Below the pieces are notes generated by a model. It ran no database searches. It was not told the origin of the DNA and worked only from the letters and a program-made list of their open reading frames with translations. Source: Bdellovibrionales bacterium (GTDB lineage Bacteria; Bdellovibrionota; Bdellovibrionia; Bdellovibrionales; JAGQZY01). Taken from it: a stretch of 64,000 bases of DNA. The DNA lies in the NCBI GenBank assembly GCA_964230645.1, contig CAXRHT010000001.1, positions 954,219 through 1,018,218 of the forward strand, in the 5' to 3' direction. This document shows, piece by piece, positions 57,946-64,000 of the stretch (within the stretch, counting starts at the first letter, position 1; every line of letters starts with the position of its first letter). Both the position numbers and the translations under genes were made by a program.

Positions 57946-58422
57946 CTAAAACTGCTTATGCTCTCCAATGTCAGGTCTTTCATTTTTGATTTTTGCTTTA
58001 CCCATTTCGTAGATAAATTCGGCAGGATTGATGTCTCCATCCCATAGTTCCCCATGGTTGATTTTAATTTCAATGAGAGCACATCTCTGGCTTTCCTTTC
58101 CCTCTGGAAACCATGCGGAAACCATTGGATTCCAAAGCTCGTCAATTTTTTTCTGATCACGAGTCAAGTGACCTTCGCCATAAAGTGCCACGTAACGATC
58201 ATCATCGCTGAAGGTAACGCATACCGAACTACCTTGCTCAACCTCAGTGGTTTTGTCAGACGGCATGCCAGTGAAAAACCATAGAGTTCCGTCGTAATCG
58301 TCTTGCACAAGTTGCATCGGACGAGAATGAAGTTTCCCCTCGGGAGTGGTTGTTGTAAGCATACCTGTTTTGATTTTTGATATAATTTTCCAGAATTTTT
58401 TCTTATTTTCTTTACTACTCAT
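57946..58422 (-). CDS. General stress protein 26 / PNPOx-like FMN-binding protein
   Basis: MLTT, HSRPM, LWFFT, ELWNP...AWFPEG. Confidence 0.88.
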   Translation of the reverse strand: MSSKENKKKFWKIISKIKTGMLTTTTPEGKLHSRPMQLVQDDYDGTLWFFTGMPSDKTTEVEQGSSVCVTFSDDDRYVALYGEGHLTRDQKKIDELWNPMVSAWFPEGKESQRCALIEIKINHGELWDGDINPAEFIYEMGKAKIKNERPDIGEHKQF

Positions 58423-58646
58423 TTAAGAAGTCTCCTTTATTTCTCTTCTATAATGGAGGTTTCCTCTCCTTTTTAAATGGAAAAGGCTTTTTTATTTTAT
58501 TTAGAAATCCTCACAAACACCTTACCAAGAGAGGATTGATGTGTATTTTTGTACAAATATCAGTGCGCACCCGGTCTTTTAGATTCAGTATTGACGAATT
58601 GCTGTAGTATCGGGCTTTCAATCAAAAATTAAAATATGGAGCTTCA

Positions 58647-60188
58647 ATGAAAAACGGAAAAGACTCTAAGAAAGACAAAAAAACAACCCTCACCACGACT
58701 GCAGGGACTCCCGTGCCGACAAATGAGGACTCTCTTACAGCCGGAGAACGAGGTCCTCTTCTTATGCAAGACTACCAACTTATTGAAAAGTTGGCTCATC
58801 AGAATAGGGAACGAATTCCCGAGCGTACAGTCCATGCTAATGGTTGGGGAGCTCACGGTGTTTTGAAAGTTACCAATGATATTTCAAAATACACTCGTGC
58901 TAAATGCCTACAAAAAGGAACGGAAACTCCTATGCTAGCACGTTTTTCAACGGTCGCTGGCGAAAAAGGGGCGGCCGACCACGAGCGCGATGTACGAGGT
59001 TTCTCCCTAAAGTTTTACACTGAAGAAGGAAACTGGGATATGGTCGGTAACAACACCCCTGTCTTTTTTGTTCGAGATCCTTATAAATTTCCAGACTTTA
59101 TTCACACTCAGAAAAGACATCCGAAAACTAACTTACGCTCACCCACAGCCATGTGGGATTTCTGGTCTCTAAGTCCCGAATCACTTCACCAAGTGACAAT
59201 ATTAATGTCAGACCGCGGACTACCTAAAACCCCAATGCATATGAATGGCTACGGGTCCCATACTTTTTCTCTTTGGAACGACAAGGGGGAAAGATATTGG
59301 GTGAAGTTTCATTTCAAAACACGCCAAGGACATGATTTTTATACCAATGAGGAAGCTGAAAAAGTAACCGGAAAAACAAGAGAAGGCTATCAAGAGGCTC
59401 TTTTTAACAGCATCGAGGAAGGTAACTTTCCCAAATGGGATTTCAAGATACAAGTTATGGAAGAAGAGCAAGCTGAAAAGCTTAACTTTAATCCGTTCGA
59501 CCTTACCAAGGTTTGGCCTCACGGCGATTTTCCTCTTATTGATGTGGGCCACTTTGAATTAAATAGAAATCCTGAAAATTATTTTTCAGAAATTGAAAAT
59601 GCAGCATTTTCTCCATCAAATATCGTTCCAGGTATTTCATGGTCGCCCGACAAAATGCTTCAAGCCAGAATTTTTTCCTATGCCGATGCCCATAGACATC
59701 GTCTTGGAACACACTACGAACAAATTCCGGTAAACAAACCAAAATGTCCTTATCACCATTACCACCGCGATGGGGAGATGAACACTTACGGTGGCATCGC
59801 TACTGGAAATCCGAATGCCTATTATGAGCCTAATTCTTTTGGAGGCCCTGCTGAAGATCCTTCCGTTAAAGAACCCCCATTAAAAATTTCAGGAGATGCC
59901 GACCGCTACGATCACCGTGAAGGACACGATGATTTCAGCCAGGTTCGCGACCTTTTCACTAAAGTGCTCGGGGAGGACGAGAAGGAACGAATGTATATGA
60001 ATATTGCTGGTGGCTGGGGAGGTGTCCCTGAGGCAATTTGTGAAAGACAGCTGGCTCTTTTCAAACAAGTTCATGAGGACTATGAAAAAGGAGTGCGCAA
60101 GGCGTGGGAAAAGGTAAAAGCCGATGGCGACTATAAGCCCAATGCTGCTCCCATAACGGATAAAACTCCTCAAAGAGTTTCCCCTTAA
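58647..60188 (+). CDS. katA: Monofunctional heme catalase (small subunit)
   Basis: [39 protein letters not shown]. Confidence 0.95.
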   Translation: MKNGKDSKKDKKTTLTTTAGTPVPTNEDSLTAGERGPLLMQDYQLIEKLAHQNRERIPERTVHANGWGAHGVLKVTNDISKYTRAKCLQKGTETPMLARFSTVAGEKGAADHERDVRGFSLKFYTEEGNWDMVGNNTPVFFVRDPYKFPDFIHTQKRHPKTNLRSPTAMWDFWSLSPESLHQVTILMSDRGLPKTPMHMNGYGSHTFSLWNDKGERYWVKFHFKTRQGHDFYTNEEAEKVTGKTREGYQEALFNSIEEGNFPKWDFKIQVMEEEQAEKLNFNPFDLTKVWPHGDFPLIDVGHFELNRNPENYFSEIENAAFSPSNIVPGISWSPDKMLQARIFSYADAHRHRLGTHYEQIPVNKPKCPYHHYHRDGEMNTYGGIATGNPNAYYEPNSFGGPAEDPSVKEPPLKISGDADRYDHREGHDDFSQVRDLFTKVLGEDEKERMYMNIAGGWGGVPEAICERQLALFKQVHEDYEKGVRKAWEKVKADGDYKPNAAPITDKTPQRVSP

Positions 60189-60265
60189 TATTTACTGTCA
60201 CAATTGAAAGCTTAAGCTCTCAAAGCTTGAGCGCATAGTATTTAACATTATTAAAAGGAGATAAA

Positions 60266-60697
60266 ATGGATATAGTAAAAACAGCCAATGCAACCTGGAA
60301 AGGTGGCTTAAAAGACGGAAAAGGTGTTTTAACAACTCAAAGTGGTGCCCTTAGTGAGCAACCCTATGGCTTTAATACTCGCTTTGAAGACAAAGAAGGA
60401 ACCAACCCTGAAGAACTTGTGGGAGCGTCTCTTGCGGGTTGCTTTGTGATGGCCTTTTCCAAAGAGCTTGGTGAAAAAGACTATAAAATTGACTTATTAA
60501 AAGCGGAGGCGAAAGTTCACCTTAAAAAAGGGGATTCTGGTTTTTCAGTTCCTACAATTGATCTAGAGGTGAACGGGCAAATTCCTGAAATGGATCAGGG
60601 CGAGTTTGAAAAAATGGCCAACATGGTTAAAGAAAACTGTCCTATCTCAAAACTTATGAACGCGGAAGTTAAGCTCACCGCGAAGGTGAACGCATAA
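60266..60697 (+). CDS. osmC: OsmC peroxiredoxin
   Basis: GTNPEEL..A.LAGCF.MA, CPISK. Confidence 0.93.
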   Translation: MDIVKTANATWKGGLKDGKGVLTTQSGALSEQPYGFNTRFEDKEGTNPEELVGASLAGCFVMAFSKELGEKDYKIDLLKAEAKVHLKKGDSGFSVPTIDLEVNGQIPEMDQGEFEKMANMVKENCPISKLMNAEVKLTAKVNA

Positions 60698-60723
60698 TTT
60701 TATAATCATTTGAATTAAACTTT

Positions 60724-60750
60724 AAAGCTCGCCTATGGCGGGCTTTTTTT
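60724..60750 (+). terminator. Terminator after osmC
   Basis: AAAGCTCGCC-TAT-GGCGGGCTTTTTTT. Confidence 0.8.
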
Positions 60751-60889
60751 GTAAAAATATCTAAAGTTTTTATAGGGATGCACTGAAATTCATTTAATTT
60801 AGATTTCATTTCTAGTTGTGATGCTAACTACATAACTTTTAAATAGTACGGGAGACGTAAAAATCGAGACTAATGGTAAAACGTTTCCC

Positions 60890-61519
60890 ATGGATAAATT
60901 AATCTTAGTTTTTATTTTATTTTCCGTCCCCCTTAACACCTTTGCCTTCGTTTCTGATTTTGACAGGATCAAAAATGAAATTGAAGAGGTAAAATCACAA
61001 AACGAGTCGGCAAGCTACGATCAAATCGAAGAATTTTTCTCTTCCAATCCCCAGTTTTCAAGTCATTGCTATCAACAGGGTTATACTGAGGGCCCCCAGT
61101 CTCTTTTGGCTCTTTTAGAGGCTCCAAGCACACAAATGAATCGCACGACTTTATTCACACTCTTCCCGCTTCGATATGGTTACGAAATGGCTGTCCAGTT
61201 TCCTGAAAATTTGCCCCAGCCATTACTACCTTACGAGCAAAGCCTGGAGTGTGTTACTAGTGAGAGGGGCTGCTCTGCAATAACACTTTCTAAATCATGG
61301 ACGCTCCCCGATGATCTTTTAACCGATGAAGAAAAAAGAGATCCCATCGAAGTTAAGGAAACTTGGAACTTCTATCTCAGTGAAGAGAACAAGCTTTACG
61401 CAGAGTCTAGCTTTCAGATGATAACCAAGAAAAGAAATTGGATCGGTGCCCCTGTGGGAAGAGAAACACTAAGACTTACCTACAACTGCGCCTTAGAAAA
61501 GCACCAAGAAAGCAATTAG
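60890..61519 (+). CDS. Secreted hypothetical protein
   Basis: Signal peptide ending TFA; 209 aa. Confidence 0.7.
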   Translation: MDKLILVFILFSVPLNTFAFVSDFDRIKNEIEEVKSQNESASYDQIEEFFSSNPQFSSHCYQQGYTEGPQSLLALLEAPSTQMNRTTLFTLFPLRYGYEMAVQFPENLPQPLLPYEQSLECVTSERGCSAITLSKSWTLPDDLLTDEEKRDPIEVKETWNFYLSEENKLYAESSFQMITKKRNWIGAPVGRETLRLTYNCALEKHQESN

Positions 61520-61529
61520 TTCAGCTCGA

Positions 61530-62393
61530 TTATTTACTAGGATTAGTAGTGGTTAGGACTTCCACCCATTGTTTTTGCTCTTCGTTCATATCTTCCGGTG
61601 ATGACATCAACGCGTTCTTTAAGCCATTTTCAATTTCAGTGGCACTTTGTAATTCCTCATTATCATCGTGAAGGATTTTTTGAGCCACCTTTAGCGCTTT
61701 ATTGTTATTTGCTCGCATGACTTTAATAACCTGCTCGACGGTGACGTGATCGATATCGTCTTTCCAGCAATCATAATCGGTCACAAAACAACAGTTCATA
61801 TAGGCTAGGCCGGCTTCTCTTGCCAGAGCATACTCAGGATAGCTCGTCATTCCGATGATATCAGCATCCCAACTTCTATAGAGCTGACTTTCAGCTTTTG
61901 TCGAAAATTGTGGCCCCTCCATTACCACCAATGTTTTATCGAAATGACAGTTAAAATCGAGGTTAGAGGAGACTTTCTTCAAGCTTGAAAGCATAATCTC
62001 TGTGACTGGTTTTGCTAACGAAACATGTCCAACGATATTTTCCCCGCAAAATGTCGAGGAGCGTAGACCTTTAGTGCGATCAATAAACTGGGTGGGCACC
62101 ACTAGATCTCCCGGGGCTAGTTTGTCTTGTAAGCTTCCCACCGCCGAAAAAGTTAAAAGCTTGGTCACTCCCATTTTTTTCAATGCATAAATATTAGCTC
62201 GATAGTTAACCTCTGTTGGCAGTCGATCATGATTGGTTCCATGTCGAGGGATAAAAAACAAAGGCTTTCCATCAAGTTCCACTTTTTTGAAACCAATGGA
62301 AGTCTCTCCGAAAGGAGTTTGCCTAGGTAATTCCTCAATGGTTTTAAATTCATCAAACTTTTCAAACCCTGATCCACCAATAATCGCCCACAT
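61530..62393 (-). CDS. mtnP: S-methyl-5'-thioadenosine phosphorylase
   Basis: IIGGSG, RHG, NYRANI, EGPQFSTKAES, GMT, TDYDCW. Confidence 0.92.
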   Translation of the reverse strand: MWAIIGGSGFEKFDEFKTIEELPRQTPFGETSIGFKKVELDGKPLFFIPRHGTNHDRLPTEVNYRANIYALKKMGVTKLLTFSAVGSLQDKLAPGDLVVPTQFIDRTKGLRSSTFCGENIVGHVSLAKPVTEIMLSSLKKVSSNLDFNCHFDKTLVVMEGPQFSTKAESQLYRSWDADIIGMTSYPEYALAREAGLAYMNCCFVTDYDCWKDDIDHVTVEQVIKVMRANNNKALKVAQKILHDDNEELQSATEIENGLKNALMSSPEDMNEEQKQWVEVLTTTNPSK

Positions 62394-62742
62394 AATTCAC
62401 TCCTCTTCCTTGCTTCCAAAAGAAATTTAAAACATCGAATGTGTTATTTATAGCTAGAGTGTCTTTGAACAGCAAGACCCGGAGTCATATGAGACCAGTC
62501 GAGAGTGTTAGGAGGCATTCTTTTTTAAAAAAATATAAAGCGAAAAAAAAGCCCCAAAAATCCGATACAAGTAAAGACCACTGGATTTCCAAGCGCAGAT
62601 AAAATCTTGTATTCAAATATTGAGTTTTTAAGCTCCGTCGGAAGCTCATGACTCAGATAAAAAACGGGCTCTGCTGCGTAACAGAGCCCGGAGGTTATGG
62701 ATACTGCGTGTGTCCATTGCATTTTTTATGTGTCTTAATACC

Positions 62743-62922
62743 TTAAATTAATTTCTTTGGTACATTGATTGGAAGACACAGGTTGGTAGTGACTCGCTCA
62801 TTATCTGCAAAACCACCAATCGTGACTCTAGCGGAAAGAAATAGCATTGATTGGTTGTTCTTCATTCTAGTCTCTCTTTTCAGTTTTTGAAGTTGTGAAA
62901 TTAATTGCATTCTCTTATCCAT
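62743..62922 (-). CDS. Small hypothetical protein (59 aa)
   Basis: G-rich RBS before ATG 62922; sigma54-like promoter upstream. Confidence 0.45.
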   Translation of the reverse strand: MDKRMQLISQLQKLKRETRMKNNQSMLFLSARVTIGGFADNERVTTNLCLPINVPKKLI

Positions 62923-62960
62923 CCCTATCCCCTTTTCCAATAAACTTTCCCTTTTACCAA

Positions 62961-62976
62961 TACAAGCTTAGTGCCA
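62961..62976 (-). promoter_or_regulatory. sigma54-like -24/-12 promoter
   Basis: TGGCAC-TAAGC-TTGTA. Confidence 0.55.
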
Positions 62977-63311
62977 ATGCTGTATTCGAAAAAACAGGTA
63001 TTAGAAGACAAAATGCCAACTAAAATAGTCAAAAAAGTGCCAACTCTGTTTGGGGCGCCCACTTGGGTTGGGTTTGATATTGAGACAAAATTAGCAATTT
63101 ACACTGAGTAAAACACCAATCTCAGTCAGAAGATTCGCAGGCCTATGCAAAGTTAAAGAAGCAAGAGGAGTCATGTAACAACTAAAGCTTTCCTATTATC
63201 ACAAAAAACATTTCTCAGCCCGATCATTAGAACATTAGTAGATTGAAGTTTCGGAAGTTTAGAACAGAAATATAGTTTTAGTGTTGGAGTTAATTTTTTT
63301 ATCAATCTGGC

Positions 63312-63342
63312 AAAAAAAAAAGCCGATCCAAAGGATCGGCTT
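63312..63342 (-). terminator. rRNA operon terminator
   Basis: AAGCCGATCC-AAA-GGATCGGCTT followed on minus strand by a T-tract. Confidence 0.88.
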
Positions 63343-63351
63343 AAAAAATAG

Positions 63352-63469
63352 AGCTGGCATCGTGCTACTCTCACACAGGGTTTCCCCTGCATTACCATCG
63401 CCGCTGGCGGGCTTAACTTCTGTGTTCGAGATGGGAACAGGTATTTCTCCGCCGCTATCGACACCAACA
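63352..63469 (-). rRNA. rrf: 5S rRNA
   Basis: Minus strand CCTGTTCCCATCTCGAACACAGAAGTTAAGC...CGATGGTA...GTGAGAGTAG; ends approximate. Confidence 0.96.
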
Positions 63470-63579
63470 AGACTGTTGTTGCTTTCGACAACTCAATAGA
63501 ACTTAATGAAGGATTAATTTATTTACTCTAATTTCCTGAGAAATTATTTACGGTGATTTTTAGGGAATTTTCTAACCTA

Positions 63580-64000
<421 letters not shown>

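Overview
Chromosomal window from a bacterium most consistent with Bdellovibrionota, inferred from FQNC-type lipoprotein signals, many secreted orphan proteins, fused ccoNO and sigma28-like promoters. No prophage, CRISPR array or transposase is seen. In order it contains: a MATE transporter; a czcCBA-like RND metal-efflux operon; a cbb3 oxidase cluster with an FNR-type regulator; a cytochrome c peroxidase; rlmN; a merT/HMA/outer-membrane metal-trafficking cluster lacking merA/merR; an oxyR / Prx5-Grx / disulfide reductase module; tRNA-modification genes, metG and menB; a RoxA-like diheme cytochrome; atoE, cstA, hsp20 and queF-D-E; a sigma54 activator; a stress islet with catalase and osmC; MTA phosphorylase; and the 5S gene plus 3' end of 23S rRNA. 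Most notable: (1) both metal operons are headed by secreted Cys/His-rich leader ORFs ending in an RPP/GPP motif followed by a hairpin, and in the czc leader the RPP tail lies in frame behind an amber stop; (2) the RND adaptor is a 127-aa mini-MFP; (3) an unannotated 34-aa CxxC membrane peptide heads the cbb3 operon, downstream of a variant FNR box (CTGAT-N4-ATCAG) that recurs at -41.5 of an HTH-less Crp-domain gene; (4) a pseudoknot-capable 5' leader on queF-D-E is a candidate variant preQ1 riboswitch; (5) a 156-bp palindromic element sits upstream of menB. All functional calls come from motif recognition by eye; no database searches were run.
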